Source of the DNA: an uncultured Gammaproteobacteria bacterium
GTDB lineage: Bacteria; Patescibacteriota; Patescibacteriia; UBA9934
DNA: 64,000 nt
NCBI GenBank assembly: GCA_964401485.1
Contig: CAYNYL010000002.1
Location: 36,452-100,451 of the forward strand
Reading direction: 5' to 3'
Shown here in pieces: positions 9,069 through 19,195 of this stretch; within the stretch, counting starts at the first letter, position 1, and each line of letters starts with the position of its first letter. A program made the translations under genes and the position numbers. The notes below the pieces were generated by a model, which saw nothing but the letters and a program-made list of their open reading frames with translations, did not search any database and had not been told where the DNA came from.

Positions 9069-10435
9069 AGATCCGAGGAGATCGTTGTTCCCGTGACGTG
9101 GATATCGAGGACCGTTTGCGGAACCGTAAGAATGTCGACTTCTTCAAATCCGAGCGAAGTAAACACGGAGGTGCTTTCAAACGGTCGTTTAAGTCCTTCC
9201 GAGATCATGTAAATAACCTCGTCCGGCCCCTTGATGAGCGCTCCGTCTGGAAGGGTGACGGCTGATCCTTCTTTGTACTGCTCAACCTCGACTGGTGTTG
9301 CTTTAACGAGCGGGGCGTTTTTGAAGCGCGCGAGGAGGATGCTTTTATCGATAATTGGGTGTCGGCTACCGTTTTCGATAAAGAAAACCGCGCCCGTCGT
9401 TGAGAGTTGAAGGAGTTTTCCTTGAGGGTCCTTTGTTTTAAGGGTGATCGTTTCTCCGATCTCGTAATCGGCGAGTTCCGATTCCGAGACGTCGATGAGC
9501 TCATCTTCAACGAATCCGATTGAACGGTAAACCGCTTCGGATTCAAACGGACGGAGGGTGTCGTTTACGAGAAGATAGCGCGTTCCGGAGGCTGTTTTAA
9601 GGAGCGCGTAGTTTGCGAAAGCGATCGGGCGTCCGGTTTCATAATTATCAAGAACGGTATCTGGTACCTCGACGATCAAGTTCGGGTTGAAGCGTGAAAT
9701 AAAGGCGCTCCATGAGGTGATGTGGCGCTTCATGCCGTACTGGATTAGATACACATCCGGACTCGAAGCACCTTTGAGCAGTGTTCCGGTAATATGGTTC
9801 ACTCCAAACCAGTCCTCCCAAATCATCGCAAAGTTACGGTTTCCTTCGATGTGGGGGGTGTACGCGTAAAGCGCGGCCGTTGCAGCGTTTTGTGGGACAA
9901 CGATTTCGTTGTTGATTTTTACTTCCACTCCAGGACCATATTTTCCCTGCGTCGTTCCTTTTGCTTCGATATCCTCGAGATAGCCATCGACAAATTGAAG
10001 GGCTGCACTATTTACTTGTTTTCCAAATCCCTTCCAGCGTTGAATCGCAGGATCATCCTTACTGCAGTTGTCGCAGACTGCGTATCCGGTTGCCCAGTCG
10101 AGCTGGCGATCGGTCGGGGAGTCGTCCATCACGAGACTCTGCTCTTTTTGAAGAAGCACGAGAAGGAACTTTGGATTGATTCCGACGTTCAGACTTGTAA
10201 GCCAAATAATCTCGGCGGCGGTCCGCTTTGCTCCGGTGTGGTCTTCGAGAATCTTTGATCCGAGCGCACCACGGTTTAGAATCGATTGAATCTGTCCAAG
10301 ATTTAACGCATCAGCGTCAACGAGTTCCGAATCGGAAATAATGTAGTTCGGATTGAAGGTAAAGGCATGGACGTCGCGGGCAAAAGTGAAAAACAATACC
10401 CCTAAAAACACGGGAAAAATAACACTTTTTCTCAT
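9065..10435 (-). CDS. Secreted hypothetical protein
   Basis: N-terminal signal peptide MRKSVIFPVFLGVLFFTFARDVHA; 456 aa, no recognised catalytic motif. Confidence 0.5.
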   Translation of the reverse strand: MRKSVIFPVFLGVLFFTFARDVHAFTFNPNYIISDSELVDADALNLGQIQSILNRGALGSKILEDHTGAKRTAAEIIWLTSLNVGINPKFLLVLLQKEQSLVMDDSPTDRQLDWATGYAVCDNCSKDDPAIQRWKGFGKQVNSAALQFVDGYLEDIEAKGTTQGKYGPGVEVKINNEIVVPQNAATAALYAYTPHIEGNRNFAMIWEDWFGVNHITGTLLKGASSPDVYLIQYGMKRHITSWSAFISRFNPNLIVEVPDTVLDNYETGRPIAFANYALLKTASGTRYLLVNDTLRPFESEAVYRSIGFVEDELIDVSESELADYEIGETITLKTKDPQGKLLQLSTTGAVFFIENGSRHPIIDKSILLARFKNAPLVKATPVEVEQYKEGSAVTLPDGALIKGPDEVIYMISEGLKRPFESTSVFTSLGFEEVDILTVPQTVLDIHVTGTTISSDL

Positions 10436-10454
10436 AGATCTTTATTATATCACA

Positions 10455-10483
10455 TTGACAAAATGGCGTTTTTGTGGTATATC
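10455..10483 (+). promoter_or_regulatory. Sigma70-type promoter (TTGACA-17-TATATC) for the lipoprotein operon
   Basis: TTGACA at 10455-10460, 17-nt spacer, TATATC at 10478-10483; GGAG SD 5 nt before ATG at 10543. Confidence 0.5.
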
Positions 10484-10542
10484 TAAGTGTCGTTCTTTTG
10501 CGTGCGTTCACCCTTTTTCGCCCGTCGGGCACTGGAGATGCG

Positions 10543-10962
10543 ATGATTCGCATGATTGTTTCGAGTCTTTCAGTCGCCGTCCTCGTCGCTTGCGATTACA
10601 GCCAAGTTGGCGACGGACGTGCCGTCGTTGACTGTGGTGGAGACGAGGGGGCTGGCGACGCACGTCGCGACTGGTTCGGGCAGCCGACCATGGTCACGGG
10701 TCACCTTCAGCCCTCGAACTTCGTCGACCGCGAGGTCGTCGTGCACCTCCTCGAGGATCAGGGTGGGGCGGCCACCCTCGTCCTCTATGCTGACTCGGAC
10801 TTCTCTCTCGACTGCTGGGGGTATCTCGATATCCTCGGCGACCGGCAGAATTTGTTCGGCCGGAACGGCGAGTACGTCGACGTCGTCGGCGCTTACTACG
10901 AGGGAGAGTTCGACGGACTGCGCGCGAGCGTGTCCGGCGACGAACTCCACCTCAGCAAGTGA
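10543..10962 (+). CDS. Small acidic lipoprotein, GC-rich gene (hypothetical)
   Basis: Preferred start ATG 10543 gives MIRMIVSSLSVAVLVAC|DYS with lipobox LVAC; the ORF track starts at 10474 in the same frame; mature part Asp/Gly/Val-rich; local GC is clearly above neighbours; two hairpins follow the stop. Confidence 0.55.
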   Translation: MIRMIVSSLSVAVLVACDYSQVGDGRAVVDCGGDEGAGDARRDWFGQPTMVTGHLQPSNFVDREVVVHLLEDQGGAATLVLYADSDFSLDCWGYLDILGDRQNLFGRNGEYVDVVGAYYEGEFDGLRASVSGDELHLSK

Positions 10963-11021
10963 CGACTTCGAAAGTCGTCATCGTAAGACCTGCACCAACT
11001 GGTGCGGGTCTTTCTGCTTTT
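10961..11021 (+). terminator. Two tandem hairpins downstream of the lipoprotein gene; the second has a U-run
   Basis: Perfect 8-bp palindrome GACGACTT-cga-AAGTCGTC (10961-10979) then GACCTGCACC-aact-GGTGCGGGTC + TTTCTGCTTTT (10987-11021). Confidence 0.5.
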
Positions 11022-11054
11022 AGGAAAACAGACATTCGGCTATACTTGATTCAT

Positions 11055-11273
11055 ATGAAAATGACTCACTATGCGATGCTAATCCTCCTCGGAGTTGCTC
11101 TCGGGATCGGGGCATATGCACTTTTTTCAGTGATTGCTCCGGAACCGAAAGAGCCTTCTCAAGATGATCTCATTGGTGGTAAGTCAAAAGAAGAGATTGC
11201 GGAGGAATTTCTTCGTGACCTTGAGGCTGGAGTTTACGATGATTATAAGCCTGCCGAAGCAACTATCGAATAA
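11055..11273 (+). CDS. Small membrane protein (hypothetical, 72 aa)
   Basis: Internal start MKMTHYAMLILLGVALGIGAYALFSVIA (one TM) preferred over the track start at 10959, which overlaps the upstream terminator. Confidence 0.45.
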   Translation: MKMTHYAMLILLGVALGIGAYALFSVIAPEPKEPSQDDLIGGKSKEEIAEEFLRDLEAGVYDDYKPAEATIE

Positions 11274-11274
11274 T

Positions 11275-12366
11275 ATGGATACACACCAACGCAATTTATC
11301 TCTTATCTTATCAGTTCTTTTTCTCCTCTTGATTGGGCTCGTGATTACGATTGTTGTATTGCTATTTCGGGTTGATGAACAGCAATTAAGAGATGTTCAA
11401 ACGGGCACGACTTCCGAAGAGCGACAGGAAGAACGGGCCGAGCGACGCGAAGAGCGTCGTGAAGAACGTCAGGAGGAGCGTGAATCAAATTCTGGGGGAT
11501 TCCTTGGTGACCTGTTTGGATTCGGTTCGTCAAATGACGACGCGACGTTTGATACTGGAACGACTACGGACAATGGGACAACGACTGGTACAACGAACGG
11601 CGGAACGAGTTCTAGCGGTGGGTCTTCGGGTGGAACAACTTCGGGTGGGAATGCGACGTCTGGTAGCGGAGCAACCAGCGGTGGTTCAACGGGTACTACG
11701 CCAGACTCGGAAACGTGCCGAAACCCGAATCGCGATGGTTCCTGCGGGGATGCGGATCTTGATGGCGACGGCGTGCCAGATACGACGGATGGTACAACTC
11801 CCGACTCGGAAACGTGCCGAAACCCGAATCGCGATGGTTCCTGCGGGGATGCGGATCTTGATGGCGACGGCGTGCCAGATACGACGGACGGGACGACCGA
11901 TGCTTCGGATGGAAACGGTAATATCCGCTGGATCACGGCGGATAATTGGATCGGATTTCTTGCGGACGAAGAAGCGAGCGTCTACAGCGACATTGGCGGA
12001 AACCAAATTAAGGACCCGGCCACTTCGTTCCCGATTGTAACGATCGCTTACCAGCTCACGCGTCCTTCAGAGCTTGAAACCGATGAGGAAGCCTACGAGC
12101 GTAACAAGCTCGCAATCCTCAATAGTTATGTAACGTATCAGGCTAGTCGACGAGAATTGATCGATGGTATGCCGGCCGAAACGTACATGGTTGCGACGCG
12201 AACCGGAGCGGAGTTCGTCTACTTTATGAAGGTAAGTCGTTACATCGTTCATATCCACTTGCGCCCTGTTGGCGGATCGGTTGACGGCGTTGAGGTGATT
12301 CAAAGTATCGATTTCTATCCGGACGAAACGTATATCGAAAGTGCCCGCCAGGTCGGCGCACGATAA
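11275..12366 (+). CDS. Membrane-anchored surface protein with charged ER-rich segment, Gly/Thr/Ser linker and two thrombospondin-type-3-like Ca-binding repeats
   Basis: Start MDTHQRNLSLILSVLFLLLIGLVITIVVLL (N-terminal TM); ERQEERAERREERREERQEERE; G/T/S-rich tract; 2x TPDSETCRNPNRDGSCGDADLDGDGVPDTTDGT (DxDxDGxxD motif); C-terminal ~150-aa globular region. Track ORF 11134 is the same frame with a spurious N-extension. Confidence 0.6.
   Translation: MDTHQRNLSLILSVLFLLLIGLVITIVVLLFRVDEQQLRDVQTGTTSEERQEERAERREERREERQEERESNSGGFLGDLFGFGSSNDDATFDTGTTTDNGTTTGTTNGGTSSSGGSSGGTTSGGNATSGSGATSGGSTGTTPDSETCRNPNRDGSCGDADLDGDGVPDTTDGTTPDSETCRNPNRDGSCGDADLDGDGVPDTTDGTTDASDGNGNIRWITADNWIGFLADEEASVYSDIGGNQIKDPATSFPIVTIAYQLTRPSELETDEEAYERNKLAILNSYVTYQASRRELIDGMPAETYMVATRTGAEFVYFMKVSRYIVHIHLRPVGGSVDGVEVIQSIDFYPDETYIESARQVGAR
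11695..11892 (+). repeat. Two tandem 99-bp copies (near-identical) inside the surface-protein CDS
   Basis: Copy 1 11695-11793, copy 2 11794-11892; only ~5 substitutions; each encodes one 33-aa TSP3-like repeat. Confidence 0.9.
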
Positions 12367-12370
12367 TAAA

Positions 12371-12400
12371 AGACCGCCCGATTGGGCGGCTTTTATTTCG
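12371..12400. terminator. Bidirectional rho-independent terminator shared by convergent surface-protein gene and clpB
   Basis: CCGCCC-gatt-GGGCGG flanked by A-run (left) and TTTTATTT (right); overlaps clpB stop. Confidence 0.7.
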
Positions 12401-15041
12401 TCTTAACCGTGATCTTATCTTTTACGAAGTCGATCGTAACGAGTTGGTCGTTGTCGATTTCGTTCTTCACGATTCGGAGGGCAACCGGGTTCAGGATTTC
12501 CGTTTGGATTAAGCGCTTGAGGGGGCGCGCTCCAAATTGTGGATCGAATCCTTTTTTCGCGAGGTGTTTTTTCGCACGTTCTGTTACGGTAAGTGTGATA
12601 CCACGTTGCGTTTTTATTCGCTCCGTAACTTGTGCGAGTTGAAGCTCGACGATTGTCCCGATTTGTTCCTCTTGGAGTGCGTGGAAGAAGATGATGTCGT
12701 CAATTCGGTTAAGGAACTCTGGTCGGAAATGATCTTTAAGTTGTTCGAGAACGCGGGACTTGATTTTCGATTCCTCCGTTGACTCTGACCGATCAAAGCC
12801 GATTTCACCCTGCTTCTTCGCGTTGAGGATCGTGTCGGAACCAAGGTTTGACGTCATGATAATAATCGTATTCTTGAAGTTGACCTTTCGACCCTTGGAG
12901 TCGGTAACATGGCCGTCGTCAAGAATTTGAAGAAGCACGTTGAAGATGTCCGGGTGGGCCTTTTCAATCTCGTCAAAGAGCACAACTGAGTATGGATTGC
13001 GACGAATTTTTTCCGTGAGCTGTCCCGATTCCTCATACCCGACATACCCAGGAGGGGAGCCAATCATTTTGCTCACCGTATGTTTTTCCATGTATTCGGA
13101 CATGTCGACACGGATCAGTGCATTCTCATCGTCAAACATGAATTCTGCGAGCGCTTTTGCAAGCTCGGTTTTTCCGACACCGGTTGGGCCGAGGAAAACA
13201 AATGATCCGATTGGGCGCTTTTCTTCGGCGATTCCAGCACGGGATCGGCGAAGGGCATTACTTACGGCACTAATCGCTTCTTCTTGTCCGACGACGCGCT
13301 GTCGTAGGTTTGTTTCCATGTCTGCAAGTTTTTCCATCTCGCTCTTTAGCATCTTGCTTACCGGGATGTGTGTCCACCTTGCAACGATCGTTGCGACCTC
13401 TTCCTCGGAGATGCCTTCCTTGAGAAGACCGCGTTGCATTTGGAACTTTTTCAATGCTTCTTGCGCGCTTGAGAGGGCGTCGCGTTTTTTTGGAATTGTC
13501 GCGTATCGCAGTTCTGCGACTTTCTCGAGGTTTCCTCGGCGCTCTTCAATTTCCGATTCGCTTGTAAGTCGATCGATCTCGGTTTTTAGCGTCGAGATAT
13601 TTTGAATCAACTCTTTTTCATTTTTCCATCGAAGCTCAAAATCGGCGCTCTGTTCTTTGAGATCAGCGATTGCCTTTTCGATTTCGGTGATACGGTTTTT
13701 CGACTTCTCATCCTCTTCCTTGAGGAGTGATTGCTTTTCGATTTCAAGACGCATTTCTTCGCGCTTCAATCGATCGAGCTCCTCTGGCATCGAGTCGATC
13801 TGCATGCGAAGGGCGGCCGCCGCTTCGTCCATCAAATCGATCGCTTTATCTGGAAGTCGGCGATCAGTAATATATCGACTTGAAAGCTCAACCGCGGCGA
13901 TGATTGCCGAGTCACTAATCCGCACTCCGTGGTGGATCTCATATTTTTCCTTAATTCCACGAAGGATGGCGATCGCGTCCGACGGGGAAGGCTCTTCGAC
14001 AAGCACTGGTTGGAATCGACGTTCAAAGGCGGCGTCTTTTTCAATGTAACGTTGGTATTCTTTGATCGTTGTCGCTCCAATCATGCGTAACTCTCCACGC
14101 GCAAGCGCTGGCTTTAGAAGATTTGAGGCATCCATTGGCGACTCGTCGCCCTTTCCTGCTCCAACAAGGGTATGAAGTTCGTCCACGAAAAGGATAATCG
14201 TACCGTTTGACGATTCCACTTCACGAATAACCGCCTTTAGTCGCTCCTCGAACTCTCCGCGGAATTTCGTTCCAGCGATAAGTGACCCGAGATCAAGCGA
14301 TACAATTTCGCGATCTCGGAGGAGGTCCGGAACATCGCCTGTTGCGATTCGCATCGCGAGTCCTTCGGCGACTGCGGTTTTTCCGACTCCTGCTTCACCG
14401 ATAAGAACCGGATTGTTCTTTGTTCGTCGAACGAGCACTTGCATAACACGACGGATCTCCTCATCTCGTCCGATAATCGGATCGAGCTTTCCCTTACGGG
14501 CTCGGTCGGTAAGGTTCACGCTGTACTTCTCGAGTGCCTGGAACTTTGCTTCGGGAGTTGCGGTGTCTACCTTTTGATTTCCACGCACTTCCTTAAGGAC
14601 GGAAAGAATCGCTTCCTCCGTGACTTTGTAGGTGAGAAGAAGGCGCTCAATTTTTTTGTTTGTCATCATTCCAAGGAGAAGGTGCTCCGTTGAGATGTAT
14701 TCATCGCCGAATAATTTCGCTTGATCGGAGGCGGACTTCATTGCGCGCGCTAAATCAGGTGTGAGAAGAACTTGGCCAACGCTCCCGCTTTCGATGTGCG
14801 TTACGCGTGGAAGGGAGTCGAGAATGGTCTCAACGTCTTCGCGAAGCATGACAAGATTAACCGAAAGTTTCTGGAGAATGCTTGGTACAATGCCGCCTTC
14901 TTGAGCCATGAGCGCCGCGAGAAGGTGGATCGGTTCAATTCCTTGCTGGCCGTTTTCGTTCGCAAGAATCTGGGCGAACTGGATGGCTTCTTGGGACTTA
15001 GTGGTGAAGTTGTTTGGAATCATATTAGCAGTCATAATCAT
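12393..15041 (-). CDS. clpB: ATP-dependent chaperone ClpB
   Basis: 882 aa; Clp N-domain, two AAA+ modules ([16 protein letters not shown] Walker A), long coiled-coil middle domain. Confidence 0.92.
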   Translation of the reverse strand: MIMTANMIPNNFTTKSQEAIQFAQILANENGQQGIEPIHLLAALMAQEGGIVPSILQKLSVNLVMLREDVETILDSLPRVTHIESGSVGQVLLTPDLARAMKSASDQAKLFGDEYISTEHLLLGMMTNKKIERLLLTYKVTEEAILSVLKEVRGNQKVDTATPEAKFQALEKYSVNLTDRARKGKLDPIIGRDEEIRRVMQVLVRRTKNNPVLIGEAGVGKTAVAEGLAMRIATGDVPDLLRDREIVSLDLGSLIAGTKFRGEFEERLKAVIREVESSNGTIILFVDELHTLVGAGKGDESPMDASNLLKPALARGELRMIGATTIKEYQRYIEKDAAFERRFQPVLVEEPSPSDAIAILRGIKEKYEIHHGVRISDSAIIAAVELSSRYITDRRLPDKAIDLMDEAAAALRMQIDSMPEELDRLKREEMRLEIEKQSLLKEEDEKSKNRITEIEKAIADLKEQSADFELRWKNEKELIQNISTLKTEIDRLTSESEIEERRGNLEKVAELRYATIPKKRDALSSAQEALKKFQMQRGLLKEGISEEEVATIVARWTHIPVSKMLKSEMEKLADMETNLRQRVVGQEEAISAVSNALRRSRAGIAEEKRPIGSFVFLGPTGVGKTELAKALAEFMFDDENALIRVDMSEYMEKHTVSKMIGSPPGYVGYEESGQLTEKIRRNPYSVVLFDEIEKAHPDIFNVLLQILDDGHVTDSKGRKVNFKNTIIIMTSNLGSDTILNAKKQGEIGFDRSESTEESKIKSRVLEQLKDHFRPEFLNRIDDIIFFHALQEEQIGTIVELQLAQVTERIKTQRGITLTVTERAKKHLAKKGFDPQFGARPLKRLIQTEILNPVALRIVKNEIDNDQLVTIDFVKDKITVKTK

Positions 15042-15052
15042 AGAGTGCTAAT

Positions 15053-15556
15053 TTGGATTCGTCAAGTCAATTCGCCTGGTTATGCACATGTGGTATTATG
15101 GCTGATATGACTTGGAAAAATGCGATTTTCGCGACGGTATTTGTGCTCGTTTCGCATATGATTGCGATTGAAATCGGGGTCTACCGGGTGGCACCTTGGT
15201 TTGACGCGGTATCGCACTTTGGGGGTGGTTTTGCGATGGGGCTTGTTGCGCTTGCGCTTTACCGGTCCTGGGTTGACCGCGTCGCTTTGAAGAAGCGGAC
15301 GGATGTCCCTTTTGGCCCTGTATTTTTTAAACTCGTTTGGATTCTCGGTTTTGTTGCGCTTGTTGGGATTGCTTGGGAGTGGTTTGAGTACGTGCTTGAT
15401 AGTCTTTCGGATGGATTTGTTTGGTCAGAGTTTTTCGAGGCGCGTATGTACGGGCATCATCAACCAAGCCTGACTGATACCATGGCGGACTTTTTCTTTG
15501 ATCTATTAGGAGGGCTTGTTGCGCTACTTGCCTTCGATTATGACAAGCGCGTTTAG
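15053..15556 (+). CDS. Hypothetical integral membrane protein
   Basis: 4-5 TM helices; real start probably ATG 15098 or 15107 (MADMTW / MTW); no recognised motif. Confidence 0.4.
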   Translation: MDSSSQFAWLCTCGIMADMTWKNAIFATVFVLVSHMIAIEIGVYRVAPWFDAVSHFGGGFAMGLVALALYRSWVDRVALKKRTDVPFGPVFFKLVWILGFVALVGIAWEWFEYVLDSLSDGFVWSEFFEARMYGHHQPSLTDTMADFFFDLLGGLVALLAFDYDKRV

Positions 15557-16274
15557 AGTTCGTATTGATGGGTTGAGCGAGGGTGAAGTTGCGGGGCGTA
15601 TTAAGGAGGCGGTGGTTCAAAAACAAGCGATTACGATTGCGACACTTAATGCGGAGATTCTTCTTTCCGCGAGGAATGATGCGCGATTTAGAGATCTGCT
15701 TAATCGATGCTCGATTACGGTTGTTGACGGATTTGGGCCATGGGCTCTTTTGCGGTTAACGGGGAATTCCGTCGCGCGGGTTACCGGTGTTGATCTTATC
15801 TCGACGATTTGCGCTGTTGCCGAAGAGGTGGGAGCACAGGTGCTGTTTGTCGGCGGACGAGAGGGGAGCGCGCAGTTAAGCGCACAGCGGTTTTCTCGTC
15901 TCTATCCTCGCGCGTCCATTCGTGCGATTCCGGTTCAAAACGTTGAGCGGGTCGAGGAGATCGAAGCGAACATTCAAGCGGAGGGGGAGGGGCCTCGATT
16001 CGTCCTCCTTGCCTTTGGTGCGAAAAAACAAGAAGCGTTTGCCGAAGGGCTCACCTCGACTCGTACTGCGGACCTCGCGATTGGTGTCGGCGGTGCGTTT
16101 GAGATGCTTTCGGGAAAGCTTCCTCGAGCGCCAAAAATCCTTCGGGTTATCGGTCTTGAATGGCTTTGGCGACTTGCGCTTGAACCGAGACGACTTCCAC
16201 GAATCCTTCGAGCCGTTCTCGTCTTTCCAATCTTCTTTATCTATGATAGTTTTTTAGCCAATCACACCCTATGA
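15540..16274 (+). CDS. WecB/TagA/CpsF-family glycosyltransferase (GT26)
   Basis: ATLNAEILL...ITVVDGFGPW...VLFVGGREG...LLAFGAKKQE motifs typical of TagA/WecG; track start 15516, internal ATG 15540 reduces overlap with upstream gene. Confidence 0.7.
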   Translation: MTSAFRVRIDGLSEGEVAGRIKEAVVQKQAITIATLNAEILLSARNDARFRDLLNRCSITVVDGFGPWALLRLTGNSVARVTGVDLISTICAVAEEVGAQVLFVGGREGSAQLSAQRFSRLYPRASIRAIPVQNVERVEEIEANIQAEGEGPRFVLLAFGAKKQEAFAEGLTSTRTADLAIGVGGAFEMLSGKLPRAPKILRVIGLEWLWRLALEPRRLPRILRAVLVFPIFFIYDSFLANHTL

Positions 16275-17755
16275 CAGTACGAACCCGTATCGCCCCATCC
16301 CCAACAGGATTCATGCACATTGGAAACCTCCGAACCGTGCTTTGGGATATTTTTCTCGCAAAGCAAAACGGTGGTCAATTCATTGTCCGTATTGAAGACA
16401 CGGATCAAGATCGATTTGTTGAAGGCGCGACCGAGGCGGTGCTTCGAGCGCTCACTGCTATGGGCCTTGAGTGGGACGAGGGTCCGATTCTTCTTCCAGA
16501 TGGGACACTTGGCTCAAAGGGTGACTACGGCCCGTATATTCAAACGCAACGTCTTGAGCGCTACACGCGCTACGCAAATCAGCTTCTTGAACAGGGTGAT
16601 GCCTACCACTGTTTTTGTTCTGCTGAGCGATTGACACAAATGCGCGAGTCACAACAGGCGCTTAAGCAAACGCCGAAGTACGATCGTCATTGTCTTTTGC
16701 TGAGCCCTGAAGAGATACAGGCGAAACTTTCGACGCTTGAGCCTGGAGCGGATCATGTTATTCGATTACGCGTGCCCGAGGGCACTTCCTCCTTTGTCGA
16801 CGGAATCCGTGGTCCGATCCAATTTAATAATGCGGATGTTGACGACCAGGTTCTCGTAAAGAGTAATGGTATTCCGACGTACCATCTCGCCGTCGTTGTT
16901 GACGATCACTTAATGAAGATCTCACATGTCCTTCGTGGAGAGGAGTGGCTGTCTTCGACCCCAAAGCAAATCTTGCTTTGCAAAATGCTTGGATTTGAGA
17001 TGCCGACCTATGCGCACGTTCCACTCCTTCTTAATCCAGACAAGACAAAACTTTCGAAGCGTAAGGGAGATGTTTTTGTTGAAACGTTTTTAAGCAAGGG
17101 ATACCTGCCGGTTGCGCTTGCGAACTATCTCGCGACGCTTGGATTTAATCCGACCGGCGACAGAGAAATTTATACGTTTGACGAACTCGTGAAGGCTTTT
17201 GATCTTTCGAAAGTCAATCGTGCAGGAGCGGTCGTTAATACGGAAAAGTTGAACTGGATGAATAATCAGTATATGCGTTCGATGACGCCGGACGAGCTCT
17301 TCGTGCTTCTCGTCCCGTTCCTTCCGTCCGGAATCGCGGATAATCCGGTCATACGTCGAGCGATGGTTGTTGAACGTGAGCGCGCGCAGACGCTTGTTGA
17401 ACTCGCGGGACAGTTTGAGAGCTATCTCGCTACACCGTCTTTTGCTGGGCGTGAAGAAACGATCGTGTTTTCAAAATCAACGAAGGAAAAGACGCTCGAA
17501 GTCCTCGAAAAAGTTCACGGACTATTAAGCGATGTTCCTGAACCGGTGTTTGATTCGGTCCATAACGTAGAACTCTTTATTAAAACGTGGATCGCGAACA
17601 ATGGATATGCGAATGGCGAGGTACTTTGGCCGATGCGGTTTGCTCTCTCTGGCCTTGAGAGAAGCGCTAGTCCGTTTGAGTACCTTTGGGCCCTTGGTCC
17701 TGACGAATCGCTCAAACGACTCGCTCTCGCTCGCGAGGCATTGGCAGGGAAGTAA
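16271..17755 (+). CDS. gltX: Glutamyl-tRNA synthetase
   Basis: Class I aaRS HIGH motif (PTGFMHIGNLRT) and KMSKS variant (KLSKRKG); 494 aa. Confidence 0.9.
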   Translation: MTVRTRIAPSPTGFMHIGNLRTVLWDIFLAKQNGGQFIVRIEDTDQDRFVEGATEAVLRALTAMGLEWDEGPILLPDGTLGSKGDYGPYIQTQRLERYTRYANQLLEQGDAYHCFCSAERLTQMRESQQALKQTPKYDRHCLLLSPEEIQAKLSTLEPGADHVIRLRVPEGTSSFVDGIRGPIQFNNADVDDQVLVKSNGIPTYHLAVVVDDHLMKISHVLRGEEWLSSTPKQILLCKMLGFEMPTYAHVPLLLNPDKTKLSKRKGDVFVETFLSKGYLPVALANYLATLGFNPTGDREIYTFDELVKAFDLSKVNRAGAVVNTEKLNWMNNQYMRSMTPDELFVLLVPFLPSGIADNPVIRRAMVVERERAQTLVELAGQFESYLATPSFAGREETIVFSKSTKEKTLEVLEKVHGLLSDVPEPVFDSVHNVELFIKTWIANNGYANGEVLWPMRFALSGLERSASPFEYLWALGPDESLKRLALAREALAGK

Positions 17756-17775
17756 AGAGACACTATAATGAGAGC

Positions 17776-18993
17776 ATGCGCACAAAGCATGTTCTTATTA
17801 GTTTAGGAATCATCTCCCTCCTGGTTGTTGGATCACGGATTGTTTTTGCCGAAAATGAAACGGAGGCCGAGCTTTCACAGCTCCAGCGGGAGCTTGCAAC
17901 GCGAAAGAGCCAGATCGATACGATTACAAAAAAGATGGAAAGTTACCGCAAGCAGATTGCGGAGCTGTCGAACAAGTCTGCGAGTCTTGTCAACGATATT
18001 GCCTACATCGAGAATCAGATCGCTCTTGCCGAGCTTGATCTTGAGCTGACTGAGGCTGAAATTGAGACGCAAGAACTAGAGCTCGCGGTGCTTGAGGAGC
18101 GTGTAAGACAAGAAAGTGTTGAACTTGAGAACCAGCGACTTCTTCTTAAAGATCTTCTATTCAATCTTTACAAATCGAGCGACGTTGGCGCCGTGGAAAT
18201 TCTATTTGGCGCGCGAACGATGAATGAATTGTTTGACGAGGTGGAGCGGATGGAGAATTTGAATGGATCGGTACAGCTCGCGGTCAACCAAAGTAAGACT
18301 CTCAAGGCGGAGCTTGAGAAGAATCAACTTGATCAAGAGCGCGCACTTGAGGCTCTCGTTCTTCTTCGCGCTGACCTTGAGTCACAACGAGCGAATCTTG
18401 AACACCGACTTACGGCAAAAAATATTCTTGTTGAAGAAACGCAACAATCCGAAGCACAGTACCGGGTACTGCTTGGTGAGCTTCGATCCGAACAGCAGGG
18501 GATTACTTCTCAAATTTCATCACTTCAACAAGAGATCGAGGATCGTCTTCGGAATAAAAAAGAAGAAGATCCTTCGAGTTCGACTGGTCATAGTCTTCCA
18601 TCGGGGATGGTCCACCCGCTTCCTGGCGCGGTCTTAACGGCGACGTTTAACGATCCGACGTATCCTTTCCGTCACTTATTTGAGCACTCCGGCATGGATC
18701 TTGCGCGACCGTCTGGTACTCCGATTCTCGCTGCGGGAGATGGGATTGTCGCTTGGACAAGAACGGGGAAGTCCTACGGAAACTACGTGATGATCATTCA
18801 TGATGGAGGATATGCTACGCTTTATGCGCACATGTCGGGCTTTGCGGTTTCTGCGGATGACTACGTGAGGGCAGGGGAGGTGATCGGGTATGTTGGAACT
18901 ACCGGGTTTTCAACGGGGCCGCACTTGCACTTCGAGCTTCGCGCGAACGGGATTCCGGTGAACCCTGCGCAATACATTCCAGCACTACGGTAG
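17776..18993 (+). CDS. M23-family metallopeptidase with N-terminal coiled coil (EnvC-like murein hydrolase activator/hydrolase)
   Basis: Signal/TM start, ~250 aa Glu/Leu-rich coiled coil, C-terminal LytM domain (HxxxD ... GTTGFSTGPHLHFELR). Confidence 0.8.
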   Translation: MRTKHVLISLGIISLLVVGSRIVFAENETEAELSQLQRELATRKSQIDTITKKMESYRKQIAELSNKSASLVNDIAYIENQIALAELDLELTEAEIETQELELAVLEERVRQESVELENQRLLLKDLLFNLYKSSDVGAVEILFGARTMNELFDEVERMENLNGSVQLAVNQSKTLKAELEKNQLDQERALEALVLLRADLESQRANLEHRLTAKNILVEETQQSEAQYRVLLGELRSEQQGITSQISSLQQEIEDRLRNKKEEDPSSSTGHSLPSGMVHPLPGAVLTATFNDPTYPFRHLFEHSGMDLARPSGTPILAAGDGIVAWTRTGKSYGNYVMIIHDGGYATLYAHMSGFAVSADDYVRAGEVIGYVGTTGFSTGPHLHFELRANGIPVNPAQYIPALR

Positions 18994-19060
18994 GATAGTG
19001 CCCCGCATTTTTTGTATTTTACGACACATCATTTTTTCGTGGGTTGGGGGAGGGTTGGAT

Positions 19061-19195
19061 ATGAAACGATTGATCCGCGGTTATCGAAAGAAGTGTGTGC
19101 TGACTCGGGAGAGAGTCCGGACGCGAGGCGCATGTCTACGCAGATTCATTTTAAACTTAAACGGATTATCGCGTGCTAATACATTATTAATATAA
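19061..19195 (+). CDS. Candidate 44-aa basic small protein (uncertain)
   Basis: GGAGG SD 7 nt upstream of ATG 19061; MKRLIRGYRKKCVLTRERVRTRGACLRRF...; lies in the 318-bp gap between convergent genes. Confidence 0.25.
   Translation: MKRLIRGYRKKCVLTRERVRTRGACLRRFILNLNGLSRANTLLI

Noticed and set aside
11695-11892. Possible CRISPR array
   Set aside because: Only two directly abutting repeat units with no spacers, in frame within a CDS; no cas genes anywhere in the window.
11393-12040. 215-aa plus-frame and 155/106-aa minus-frame ORFs across the repeat region of the surface-protein gene
   Set aside because: Alternative frames of the same tandem-repeat DNA; translations are Arg/Pro/Ser-rich and duplicated only because the DNA repeat is.
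12940-14049. 221-aa and 130-aa plus-strand ORFs inside clpB
   Set aside because: Ser/Arg/Phe-rich antisense translations of a strongly supported ClpB CDS.
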